61,934 nucleotides of DNA, from contig JAZNJA010000059.1 of the NCBI GenBank assembly GCA_045577755.1, positions 1 through 61,934 on the forward strand, in the 5' to 3' direction. Positions 1-9,308 of the stretch are shown piece after piece (position 1 is the stretch's first letter; every line of letters starts with the position of its first letter). The notes under the pieces were generated by a model. It had not been told where the DNA came from and made no database searches. It saw only the letters and a program-made list of their open reading frames with translations. The stretch comes from Eubacteriales bacterium (GTDB lineage Bacteria > Bacillota > Clostridia > Oscillospirales > CAG-272). The translations under genes were made by a program, and so were the position numbers.

Positions 1-2
1 GA

Positions 3-113
3 TTATACTGAAATTTCGGTACGACAATACAAGCCCGACGAATACCAATACATAGTATCCACGCCGCGCTCTTCCACAGTAGTCATATCTCGGTTGAGAT
101 TGTAAACTGCCAT
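3..113 (-). CDS. Possible 36-aa small protein (MAVYNLNRDMTTVEERG...)
   Basis: ATG at 113 with GAAAGGA RBS, TAA at 3-5; below the ORF-track cutoff; no recognisable family. Confidence 0.3.
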   Translation of the reverse strand: MAVYNLNRDMTTVEERGVDTMYWYSSGLYCRTEISV

Positions 114-210
114 TGCCGTAGTCCTTTCATAAAAATATTTGCATTATTATAGCACAATTTCGCTAAAGAGTCAATACATAATCTGAAAAGTCTTGAAAAT
201 GTGTGTGTTT

Positions 211-792
211 TTATTTGTTGGCAGAGATGTCGGTTCCAGCTTTGATCTTCTCAATACTATCTTTCTTAATTACATCTCTCAACTCTTTAGTCCATTTAGA
301 CCATTCACAATTTTTTTGACCATATGTAAGGTTTTCCTCATATTCGCGAGGAAGCCATGTGGAAATATCGGCTTCGTTGTGAGAAATTAATCCTTCCAGA
401 TTGTCAAGCGATTTATACAGCTTTGCCTCGGGCGTTTGTCTTGCGTTCATTTCTTCAAATAGGGCTTGAAGCTCCACACGAAACACGTCGGGCAAGTCCG
501 AAAGAAGTCGGATAACAGCGTGATCTTCTTCTGCCTCATGTCGTGCTGTTTTAAGAAAAGCAGGAATATCGCCTGTTATTGCTTCTCCGAAGTCGTGAAT
601 AAGGCACATTTTTATAACTCTGCTTATATCAAGATCGGGATATTCATCAGCGCAAAGCATGGCCATTACAGCAAGACGCCATGAATGTTCTGCGACACTT
701 TCTTGTCTACCGTTTGACGTCCACGAATGGCGTGTGTTGCATTTCAATTTCTCTATTTTGCTTAAAAAATCTATATACGTTCTGTGGTTCAT
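211..792 (-). CDS. HD-domain phosphohydrolase (YfbR/HDDC2-like)
   Basis: R..W...ESVAEHSWR, CLIHDFGEAITGDIP and D.LE motifs. Confidence 0.85.
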   Translation of the reverse strand: MNHRTYIDFLSKIEKLKCNTRHSWTSNGRQESVAEHSWRLAVMAMLCADEYPDLDISRVIKMCLIHDFGEAITGDIPAFLKTARHEAEEDHAVIRLLSDLPDVFRVELQALFEEMNARQTPEAKLYKSLDNLEGLISHNEADISTWLPREYEENLTYGQKNCEWSKWTKELRDVIKKDSIEKIKAGTDISANK

Positions 793-872
793 AAAATCGT
801 CCTTCGTTTTTTACATTATCTTTTCTAAAAATCTTGCCACTCCGTCATGATCATTACTTTCAGTAATGTATA

Positions 873-1688
873 TCAAATTTTCTCTGCAATCAATATATCC
901 ATACAATGCTTATGTGAAACACCGCTACTGTTGCAATCGAAAATTCTTTCCTCGTTCTTGTGGAACAGCCAATCGTGGTAGTACATACATAATTCTCCCG
1001 ACTTCCAATCACCAGCAGCAATTTCACTTTCCTCTATATCGGGAGGAAGCTGAATAAAGGGCTTTCTAACAAAAACATTTATAACGTTGATACCATTTGC
1101 TGTTGTATGCGTTTTGAGACTATTAATGACGCTTTCACGCAGTTCGTTGGGGATATAATGAAATACTCCGCTTGAAAAGATGATATCATAATCTGTTTCG
1201 AGTCTGAAATCGCGCACATCAGCCTTAAAAAAGTCAATTTCAACGCCGCAATGATTGGCAAGCTCGCGTGCTTTGGATAAGCCTTGCTCCGAAACATCAA
1301 AAGCCGTCACGTCGTATCCGTTCCGTGCAAGGAAAACAGCATCTTTTCCCTCACCACAGCCGATATCAAGCACCTTGTATGGCTTGGTCGGAGGCTTAAG
1401 ACGCATGATTTCATAGCAAAGATTATTAGGAGCCAATCCCCAGTAATAGTCCTCGGTTTTGTATCGTTTATCATAATCGGTTACTGACTGCGACGGATAA
1501 CCAAGCAAGGAGTCAATGGAAATATTTAAAACGGCTGCAAGAGTGGGAAGAAGTGTAACGTCGGGATAGGAAGTGCCTTTTTCCCATTTTGAAATTGCTT
1601 GAAAAGAAATGTTCAGTTTTTCCGCTAACGTCTGCTGGGTCATGCCAAGTGCTTTTCGTCTGACAGCTATTTGGGCTCCAATGTTCAT
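873..1688 (-). CDS. XRE HTH fused to class I SAM methyltransferase (TehB-like)
   Basis: N-term TQQTLAEKLNISFQAISKWEKG..PD; VLDIGCGEGKDAVFLA SAM-binding motif. Confidence 0.85.
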   Translation of the reverse strand: MNIGAQIAVRRKALGMTQQTLAEKLNISFQAISKWEKGTSYPDVTLLPTLAAVLNISIDSLLGYPSQSVTDYDKRYKTEDYYWGLAPNNLCYEIMRLKPPTKPYKVLDIGCGEGKDAVFLARNGYDVTAFDVSEQGLSKARELANHCGVEIDFFKADVRDFRLETDYDIIFSSGVFHYIPNELRESVINSLKTHTTANGINVINVFVRKPFIQLPPDIEESEIAAGDWKSGELCMYYHDWLFHKNEERIFDCNSSGVSHKHCMDILIAEKI

Positions 1689-1869
1689 CTGTGCATCCTT
1701 CCTTGTAAGGGATGACTATATTATAACATATCGGGGGACAATGTTCAATAACGAAACAGTTGAAAAAATCATCTCGTTTATATTGGTGGTTGAAAATATG
1801 TTCTAAATTGTAATATAGTAGATTTCAGATCATTTTTTCCTAAACACCAAATTTGATATAGTTTGTAAC

Positions 1870-2135
1870 TGGTTCTTGATTTTTCGACAGGGTCGGGGGT
1901 ATAAGTCAGGAACAAATCACGATTATTACGAGCGAGGTGTGCAGATGTTAACGGGAGGTATAGATGATTTTTAGTACACGAAAAAATATGCTTTTGGATA
2001 TAGAAAAACCAGATATTACTACCTGGCTATTCTGTATCTATTTTCATTTTTCGGTGATATTTTTTCACGTTTACATCTGCAAGAGCTATGCTACACTGGA
2101 TACGGACGAAAAGCAAAAATCGGGATTGTTTGTTC
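1870..2135. promoter_or_regulatory. Degenerate second copy of the hairpin / ssDNA-promoter module
   Basis: 1980-2128 aligns with 17101-17251. TTTACA (2070-75), 16 bp, TG-C-TACACT (2092-97). 1940-1953 pairs with 2068-2081 (13/14). Confidence 0.6.
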
Positions 2136-2177
2136 ATACGCGCTTGCTAATGCAATTTGCCAGGAAAAATCTGATTT

Positions 2178-2588
2178 CTATGATCCTTGATATACAATTA
2201 AAAATTCCAGTAGCATCAAAAGCGCATTGATTATTAAAAACAAAACCCTTGAATAACCCGACTTTTTCCAAATAACATAGCAACAATAGAAGCCAAACAA
2301 ATAGTAGATTTCAAAAAACAAAGAAAAATACATCAGATTTGTTCGAGAAATTAATAAGGCTACCAGCTGTATGGCTGACAGATAACAAATCCTTCCAAGG
2401 TGTTTTATAGGGGATGTGCCTATATACGCAGGAGTATCGTTGAGTACCGTTTGTCGGTAATCTCTCCAGATACTTGTAGCAAACTTTTTGGCTATCTTTT
2501 CTACGCCGGTGGCAAAAGCACCTCCATTATCCGGCATCGGAGCATTCCCCGCTGAAAAATGATGATTTAAGTTATCATTTGCCATCAT
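2178..2588 (-). CDS. Hypothetical membrane protein (start uncertain)
   Basis: Hydrophobic C-terminal segments; overlaps the stop of the upstream ORF. Confidence 0.4.
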   Translation of the reverse strand: MMANDNLNHHFSAGNAPMPDNGGAFATGVEKIAKKFATSIWRDYRQTVLNDTPAYIGTSPIKHLGRICYLSAIQLVALLISRTNLMYFSLFFEIYYLFGFYCCYVIWKKSGYSRVLFLIINALLMLLEFLIVYQGS

Positions 2589-2941
2589 AGCACCTCAAAG
2601 CGGAGAAACTGTTTGAATCCGAAGGTGAGCAAGCACCATATAATTTGCAGAACAATGGGCGGCCATACTGAATACCCAAAGCCTTTATACACCCTTAGCC
2701 ATACAACTAGTTGATAGACGATGATTCCGGCTACGGGCAGCATACACAGTAACCAAATAAACGGTAACGGTAAAAAGCAGAACAGAAAGGATTGGAGGCT
2801 GATAAAGAGATATAACCGTAACAAGAGGCTTCTGGGGATTGCCAGATAGCAGGGATAGCGGATTTGATTCAGCCGTTTCCAGTTCAAGGCATATTGAAAC
2901 ATTCTACCCTCCCGTTTAAATAATGCCGTATTGTCTCGCAA
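2585..2941 (-). CDS. Hypothetical membrane protein (likely true start ATG ~2902)
   Basis: About 3 hydrophobic helices; GGGAGG RBS before MFQYALN. Confidence 0.5.
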   Translation of the reverse strand: MRDNTALFKREGRMFQYALNWKRLNQIRYPCYLAIPRSLLLRLYLFISLQSFLFCFLPLPFIWLLCMLPVAGIIVYQLVVWLRVYKGFGYSVWPPIVLQIIWCLLTFGFKQFLRFEVL

Positions 2942-4427
2942 TTCTTTCTGCGCAACTGGAACCGTTCGGGCTATCTTCTATCACCTTATATGTACCAAGC
3001 TCTACGGTCAATGAGGAAATTTCGGGACGATCGTAAAGGTTTTTCGCTAAACTGTGTAGGTGTGTTGAAAACAAAACTTTGGCTCCTGCTACCGTCAAAC
3101 GCTCGATATACTGTTCTGCGATCATAGACGCTTCCTCCGCTCCTGTGCTGCTGAAAGTTTCGTCCATAAAGATCATGGCATTGGGAATAAGCTCGGCTTG
3201 AATCTCCGCAAGGCATTTGCACTCCTCTTCCAGTCTACCCATTTTATATTGATTGGCGGTGACACTCGGGAAGTGCAGTTTGATCTGCGAAAGAGGTGTG
3301 ATCTCTGCTTTGCGCGCCGGAATAGGTAAGCCCAATCCGGCCAACAAATAACAAATCGCTACTGCGGTGGAATAAATAGTCTTGCCGCCGCTGTTAGGGC
3401 CTGTCAAAATGATGGCTTTATGGGGAGTTTTAAGGATATAGTTATTGGGGGTAATTTGATCGAAGGGTATATTTTGTGCAAGCATGAGATGGTATAACCC
3501 GTAGATCTCGGTATTGCCGTCATTTTTCAAAACTGGATAGCAATAGTAGCCACCAGCGGTACTCGTGGCTTGTATGAGACGATATGCTTCAACCACAAAA
3601 TCCAATTCATCTTTCAGTCTAAGCACATCATATGCCCACTCCTTGAGTACCCGAAATCCGCTTTTACGGGCGCTCTTGACAGCATCGGTCATAACCTTGT
3701 CCAAAGCATTGTTTATCGCTGTCTTGAATTGTTGATTTTCTTCAAAAGAAAGCTTTTTGGACAGGTGTGTCATAGACGCGATACAGGAAAAACGGCTCTC
3801 CGAAAAATCCATTCTCAAAAGCTTATCGATCCATTCGCCGGATTTATAGTATTCCGAATTGAATGACACGACTCCTGCCTCAATGGGACGTAGCTGTGCA
3901 TCCAGATTGACTCCAACCGTGATGCTTTTGATGCTTTCTATGACAACAGAGATCTCGCCCAGACTTTGTGACAGCTTGACAAATTCTTCCGATTCGGAGA
4001 TCTTTCTTATTATTTCTTTGAAATTCAGCATCGCGGAGTTTGTCAGATTGATTTTGTCAAGCCTGCGGTTCAGCTCTTTGATCAGCTCGGTATAAAAAGA
4101 CAGTACGATGAGATCACGAACACGGTGATCCGCTTCAATCCCTTGGGTCTGATTCCGATCATGTTGACAAAGATCGTTTAATATATCGAGCTTTTCCTGA
4201 AAGTAGTCAAAAAACTCCTTGAGTTCTAAATTGGCGTCCAACTCGCGGAATAGCTGCTGTCGGTAGGCGATAACTTGCGTATTGTCAGAAAAATATTGCC
4301 TGAAATTGGTCAAAAAAGAGATGTTGAATTGTTTGGTAGTATCCTCTCCGATGATAGGTTCCCCCGCGTGATCATTTGACGGGTACAGCAGATGATAATT
4401 TTCAAAGTAATGCATATTGGTCCACAT
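2916..4427 (-). CDS. MutS-related ATPase (domain V only)
   Basis: Walker A LTGPNSGGKT, GLPIPA, GRLEEE, FMDETFSST, FSTHLH; no mismatch-binding domain I. Confidence 0.85.
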   Translation of the reverse strand: MWTNMHYFENYHLLYPSNDHAGEPIIGEDTTKQFNISFLTNFRQYFSDNTQVIAYRQQLFRELDANLELKEFFDYFQEKLDILNDLCQHDRNQTQGIEADHRVRDLIVLSFYTELIKELNRRLDKINLTNSAMLNFKEIIRKISESEEFVKLSQSLGEISVVIESIKSITVGVNLDAQLRPIEAGVVSFNSEYYKSGEWIDKLLRMDFSESRFSCIASMTHLSKKLSFEENQQFKTAINNALDKVMTDAVKSARKSGFRVLKEWAYDVLRLKDELDFVVEAYRLIQATSTAGGYYCYPVLKNDGNTEIYGLYHLMLAQNIPFDQITPNNYILKTPHKAIILTGPNSGGKTIYSTAVAICYLLAGLGLPIPARKAEITPLSQIKLHFPSVTANQYKMGRLEEECKCLAEIQAELIPNAMIFMDETFSSTGAEEASMIAEQYIERLTVAGAKVLFSTHLHSLAKNLYDRPEISSLTVELGTYKVIEDSPNGSSCAERIARQYGII

Positions 4428-4526
4428 CCTCCTTATATGCCTTTTTTCGTCCCTTCGAAGGTACGCATTCGATCTATTATCTACTATATAGAGTCAGGAA
4501 AAGGGGAAAAGGTTCGGTGATCGGGA

Positions 4527-5585
4527 CTATTTTTTTCGGGCATTCCTTAATTTTTCCACAACCTCCATATACCGAGGTTCTTCCCGTAGAGGATCGAAGG
4601 AAGGATCGTGGGTGATGAGGGGAATGAGCTCATCTCGGCAGTAGGAATACTCATCCGAGATCCATCCCCCGAAGCCGAGGCCTCGGAAAACAGGGGACGT
4701 GTACTGCTTACCTGTACCGGTTTCAAAATCGAGCGCGTACTCACACATACGCTCAAATGCATCCAGTGCTTGATCGCGATTACCCATCTCGGCGCAGAGT
4801 GCCGCAATGACACTGTACTCATCCGCCAAGACCACCGCCTCATCACAATAATCCTGATCCGGAAACAAAATTTGCAGAATACCGATGATTTGGTTTCGGA
4901 TTTGGATCTTTTCCTCGATCGAATAGCAAGAGGCGTGGGCAATATGCCCCAAACAGATGACGAGACTTCGCAAATACATCTTGGCACATTCTGCAAGATC
5001 CATTCGATGCTCTTCACTATCCTCATGATACCACCGCAAAAGCAATTCTTCCCGGGACGCCCATACGTGGGGCAGATTTTCGGCGAGCTTCTTGACTTCA
5101 CCGTACTCTCCCCGTTTCCCGCACAGAATGATCTTCAATCTGTAGGCGTGATCTCTGGGGTTGCTCTCGGTACAATCCTTCAGGATCTTGTCGCAAAGCT
5201 CCTCGATTTCCGCCTCGCTCCCCTGTACACCGACCAGGTTTTCGGCAAGTCTTGCCATGAGGCGAAAGGAATGCGGATACTGCTTCAAGCCGTTTCGGGC
5301 GATCTCTACCGCCTTTGCGAATTGTCCTGCTCGGTAGAAATCGAAGGATTCATCCGAAATCCGCTCGATTTCCTCCTCGTTCTTGCTAAAATCTACACCC
5401 AGCAAGCGGTCTGTTGTCACTTGTAGGACTCTCGCCAGCAAGGGGAGCTGTGAAATATCCGGTGCGGTTCGGTCACATTCCCATTGGGATACGGCGTTGG
5501 CCGTGATACCGAGGTATTCTGCCAACTGCTCCTGGGTCATATTCCGCTCACGGCGGAGCTTTTTGATGGTGGATCCGATAGACAT
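4527..5585 (-). CDS. XRE HTH regulator with TPR-like helical C-terminus
   Basis: TQEQLAEYLGITANAVSQWECDRTAPD; TPR-like helices; C-term DPSFDPLREEPRY. Confidence 0.85.
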   Translation of the reverse strand: MSIGSTIKKLRRERNMTQEQLAEYLGITANAVSQWECDRTAPDISQLPLLARVLQVTTDRLLGVDFSKNEEEIERISDESFDFYRAGQFAKAVEIARNGLKQYPHSFRLMARLAENLVGVQGSEAEIEELCDKILKDCTESNPRDHAYRLKIILCGKRGEYGEVKKLAENLPHVWASREELLLRWYHEDSEEHRMDLAECAKMYLRSLVICLGHIAHASCYSIEEKIQIRNQIIGILQILFPDQDYCDEAVVLADEYSVIAALCAEMGNRDQALDAFERMCEYALDFETGTGKQYTSPVFRGLGFGGWISDEYSYCRDELIPLITHDPSFDPLREEPRYMEVVEKLRNARKK

Positions 5586-5735
5586 ACGATCTTCCTCCTT
5601 GTCTATTTACTTTACGATGTTATTATAGCAGATCTTCGGTTTGTTTTCAACGGAGCAGATTAACACCTGTGTGAAGCGATGCTGTATTTTTATCACATAA
5701 ACTTTGGTTGAGATACATTGTCTCAAAAGCAATTA

Positions 5736-5771
5736 CCGCCGAGAGCGACCAATTATGGTTACTCTCGGCGG
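5736..5771. terminator. GC-rich hairpin (terminator/REP-like)
   Basis: ccgccgagag...ctctcggcgg inverted repeat. Confidence 0.4.
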
Positions 5772-5814
5772 CTTATGTATATTGCTTTCATACACATGAT
5801 ACCTTTTCTCCATC

Positions 5815-5843
5815 TTTACAAAAACCGATTTTTATGCTATAAT
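5815..5843 (+). promoter_or_regulatory. Sigma-A promoter
   Basis: TTTACA-17bp-TATAAT with extended TG. Confidence 0.7.
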
Positions 5844-5887
5844 AAAAAAGTCAAAATCACCACATATGCAGAAATGGAGAGTACACC

Positions 5888-5983
5888 ATGACCTACCGCC
5901 TTGCCATCTGCGACGACGAGCAGAAGCGTATCGTCGTCGCTAAGCTCGAAGAAATCCTGCCGCTGTGTGAGCGGTTGAAATGA
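5888..5983 (+). pseudogene. Chimeric scar: response-regulator N-terminus fused to type I R-M HsdS C-terminus
   Basis: Translates MTYRLAICDDE|QKRIVVAKLEEILPLCERLK*. The first part is a typical LytTR REC start; the second is a typical HsdS terminal helix. Confidence 0.7.
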
Positions 5984-6019
5984 GGGTAGAAGATGACAGT
6001 TGAAACAGCAAACGCATTA
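5952..6019 (+). repeat. Direct repeat A, copy 1
   Basis: 60/68 identical to 7744-7811. Confidence 0.9.
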
Positions 6020-6610
6020 GGCAGATACTTTGAAACGCTATACACCTTGAATCAAAACCTCATCGTTTTGTGTGGCGCAGACATATGTGATTCTATTGAA
6101 TTTGATCGGCGGGTAGACGAGGTGGTTACGGCTATTCCAAGACTTGTGCCGTACAGAAAGGACAAATCGGTTTATATAATCGAAAAATCCGACGGATTGA
6201 TGAAGTTCTCCCAGGACCTTCCTTTTCTGGGCGGGGATTATGAAAAGATCCTGCAAGAGCACGTAGACTTCTTGGAAAAGGTGAAGAAGATCCGAAACAA
6301 GCTGGAGCATGAAATGCATGGGGCTTTCATTGTCGCATCCAGTAGCGGGAATACGTCCATGTTTTCCGCTACCTATCGAATTGGTGAAGCAGATGTATGC
6401 ATACGCGCATCCGAAATCATGGACTTTGTAAAGGATATGAACACCCTGTTTTCCAAGCTTCAGGGGCTTGTGAAGCAATTCACTTATGACAGTCAGTACA
6501 GCAGTCATCCCTACTTCAAACGGCTGCTCAGATGCGATTTTGCGGACTTCAACCGGATACTGGAGAGTGATCTGTTGTATTATTTTGGGAAGACACTTCA
6601 GGCGTTTTGA
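5993..6610 (+). CDS. Hypothetical protein with HEPN-type Rx4H motif
   Basis: Helical-looking 205 aa protein containing KIRNKLEH. Confidence 0.55.
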   Translation: MTVETANALGRYFETLYTLNQNLIVLCGADICDSIEFDRRVDEVVTAIPRLVPYRKDKSVYIIEKSDGLMKFSQDLPFLGGDYEKILQEHVDFLEKVKKIRNKLEHEMHGAFIVASSSGNTSMFSATYRIGEADVCIRASEIMDFVKDMNTLFSKLQGLVKQFTYDSQYSSHPYFKRLLRCDFADFNRILESDLLYYFGKTLQAF

Positions 6611-6669
6611 GGGATCGGCGGAAATCATTTCTGACACGCGACAATAATACATTTGAAAGGAGAGCTTAT

Positions 6670-7671
6670 ATGGATTTGAACGCAAGAAAAGTTTTTTGGG
6701 AAACGCTATGCTCTTTGCCGGGAAATGACCCGCAAGCTGAACAGGAGCAATTGTTGAAAACCATCAGATATCCCAAGTATCTGTTCCGTTATCGTCCGGT
6801 AACCATAAAGAGTCTTGAAGCTCTTCGCACGAATAAGCTTTACTTTTCATCCGCAAATTACTACGACGATCCGTTTGATACATTTTTGTTTATTGACATT
6901 GAGAGAATCAAAAATGAATATCTCAATCAAGACGAAGACAAAATTGCGTCTGTTCTGGAACGGGTCAAACCGGTGCTCAGCCTTACCATGACACCTGACA
7001 AGGTCGCGGAAGTTACTGTGGAGAAAGTACAAGAAATACTTTCTCCGGAGTGGATGTCGGAATTTTTGTCGTCAACGCTGGCTTTGCGGGATCAGTTAAA
7101 GAAGGATGCATGGTCCGTCTGCTTCTCTGAAAACGGGTTCAACGAGGCGTTGTGGCTCAAATACGCAGATCAACATAAGGGATTTGCGTTGATCTATGAT
7201 CTTGAAAACGTTGATAATCTTTTGTGTGGGCAGTATGACAAATGCGCCAATTGCGGAATCAGGCAATACGGGACACCCCTTTATCCGATCTACTATTCGG
7301 ACAAGCCCTATGATGCTACCAATTTCGCAATGTTGATGGTTTTACGCATGTTGGAAGAAAATGTCAGGCTTCCCCTTGGCCAAGTGCTTCATTTTTCCTT
7401 GGGAACCGGCATTTGGGAGATGGAAAGAACCACCTTGATCAAAAAGAAATGCCATGAGTATGACGAGGAATGGCGGCTGATTATCGGATGTCCTATGAAG
7501 CCTCCAATTATGAGAGAATGGAGACCGAGCGGAATCATTCTTGGTTTGAGGATGGACGTCGCTGAAGAGAATCTTGTTGTCAGTATGGCTCAAGAAGCGG
7601 GGATCAAGAATATCTATAAGTCGTTCATTAATGAGAAGAATGAGTTGGATGCCGATCCAATTATGCTATGA
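6670..7671 (+). CDS. DUF2971-family protein
   Basis: LFRYR, LYFSS...DDPFD, CFSE...LW.KYADQHKGFAL, YDEEWR motifs; ATG 6670 after GAAAGGAG. Confidence 0.8.
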   Translation: MDLNARKVFWETLCSLPGNDPQAEQEQLLKTIRYPKYLFRYRPVTIKSLEALRTNKLYFSSANYYDDPFDTFLFIDIERIKNEYLNQDEDKIASVLERVKPVLSLTMTPDKVAEVTVEKVQEILSPEWMSEFLSSTLALRDQLKKDAWSVCFSENGFNEALWLKYADQHKGFALIYDLENVDNLLCGQYDKCANCGIRQYGTPLYPIYYSDKPYDATNFAMLMVLRMLEENVRLPLGQVLHFSLGTGIWEMERTTLIKKKCHEYDEEWRLIIGCPMKPPIMREWRPSGIILGLRMDVAEENLVVSMAQEAGIKNIYKSFINEKNELDADPIML

Positions 7672-7699
7672 CGCGCTAGCATTGTGTCTCCTAAGAATT

Positions 7700-7728
7700 A
7701 TTCCCGCGTCGACGGGAGAACGCGAAGG
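7700..7728 (+). repeat. Direct repeat B, truncated copy
   Basis: 23/29 identical to 9309-9337; all differences are transitions. Confidence 0.65.
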
Positions 7729-7743
7729 GTTATTCGGTTGAAA

Positions 7744-7811
7744 AAATCCAGACGCTGTGTGGGCGGTTGAAATGAGTACAGAAAATGACAGTTGAAACAG
7801 CAACCGCATTA
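7744..7811 (+). repeat. Direct repeat A, copy 2 (hsdS end + MTVETATAL* remnant)
   Basis: 60/68 identical to 5952-6019. Confidence 0.9.
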
Positions 7812-7825
7812 TAAAGGAGGTTACC

Positions 7826-9223
7826 GTGACAAAAAAGAAAGCAAAAAGCATGGACCATAAAAGAGGCAGAGAAAACACTGTCAAGCTCTTGAAATCGGCA
7901 GGAAACACGTTGCGGGCGGTGATCGGCCTTGTTGCGCTTCTTTCGTTTGTTATCATTCCTTTTTTGCATGGTAAGCTAAACGACGTTGTCGCGCAGTGTA
8001 TATGGTATCCATCGTGCGTACTGTTTTTGGTTTTCGCTATTTCAAACGCGTTATCCAAACCGAGAAAAAACGCCGAATCCCCATTATTCGTATTTTTAGG
8101 GAACATTGGGATTTTTCTGACATTCATACTAATTGGAAGCGCGTTTATTATCAATTACTATGACACTTTCTATAATTGGTGGTGGGCGGTATTCGTTTTT
8201 GTTTCTCTTTCCCTGCCAATAATCCTTTTTGGATTCCGCCGATTTCTGAAAAAGGAAAAGGCGTACACCAAGGAGCAACTCAAAGACTCTTTGAAAACTT
8301 GTTGGAAATACGTTGGGTTCTATTGGCTGATCGATCTTTTCTATATGGCCATCTTTAATTATTGGCTAACATATGGAGACACCCGGGCTGTTTGGCTTGC
8401 TTTGCAGTTCGTTTTCGGTGGATTGGCGATGGTATTTGTTTTCTACAATCTTACAATCGTCTTTCTTTCTACCTCAAAAAAACGTGGCTGGGGATTGTTA
8501 CAAGACTTCATGTGGGGAATTGCAATTACCGTCTATTTGATATTCCTGATTCCCGGTGAGTCTCTGCAAACCATTGTTCTGACAATAACCGCAGCCGTAT
8601 ATGGTGGACTACTGACTCTGGTGGGCGTCGCATGGACGATAAAAGACAATGCAGAAAAACTAAAACAGGAACGAAAATTATCGATCAGACCGTATTTAGA
8701 AATTCATCATAGTTTTTTGACTGAGATGGATGATATACCTTTAGATGACGTTCTGTATATCACGATCGGGAAAACAATTGTCATTCAGAAAAAACTTCCA
8801 GAAGAGATTGAGTCTTTTATCTCCCTGTGCGCAAATACTGAAAAGATTCTGGACACCGTAGCAAAGTTTTCAATGTTGTCTCAATATTTTGCAAGTCATG
8901 CGTTGATCTACACCGAGATTGAAAATTGCGGGGCCGGCAATGCCATTGATACTAAGTTTAGGTACAATGGCAACACAATAGATTCGTTCTGCGTAACTAC
9001 GAGTACCCCGAAAAAAATATTGCTGATATTAAAAGACGAATTGTTCAAGCCGGGCGAGGAGGAGTATATAGAAATCAAACTGTCTCTTGAATATACGGAC
9101 GTGTCTTCGCTTGGTAAATACGAACAGCGAGAGTGTTTCATGTTTGCTAGAAATTCGAGTGGAGATTTGTATATGGCCCAAATGCAAGAAGATTTTTTGA
9201 CGGCGCCGGAAGAGATAACATAA
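7826..9223 (+). CDS. Hypothetical polytopic membrane protein with soluble C-terminal domain
   Basis: GTG start after AAGGAGG; ~8 hydrophobic segments, then RPYL...NCGAGNA beta-rich domain. Confidence 0.75.
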   Translation: MTKKKAKSMDHKRGRENTVKLLKSAGNTLRAVIGLVALLSFVIIPFLHGKLNDVVAQCIWYPSCVLFLVFAISNALSKPRKNAESPLFVFLGNIGIFLTFILIGSAFIINYYDTFYNWWWAVFVFVSLSLPIILFGFRRFLKKEKAYTKEQLKDSLKTCWKYVGFYWLIDLFYMAIFNYWLTYGDTRAVWLALQFVFGGLAMVFVFYNLTIVFLSTSKKRGWGLLQDFMWGIAITVYLIFLIPGESLQTIVLTITAAVYGGLLTLVGVAWTIKDNAEKLKQERKLSIRPYLEIHHSFLTEMDDIPLDDVLYITIGKTIVIQKKLPEEIESFISLCANTEKILDTVAKFSMLSQYFASHALIYTEIENCGAGNAIDTKFRYNGNTIDSFCVTTSTPKKILLILKDELFKPGEEEYIEIKLSLEYTDVSSLGKYEQRECFMFARNSSGDLYMAQMQEDFLTAPEEIT

Positions 9224-9308
9224 TGGCTATTCGCTGAAAAATAGGAAAAACGAAACGAGGTCTGTCTTGAATACACTGTTTATACAGACATTTTAAGCGA
9301 TTTCAATC

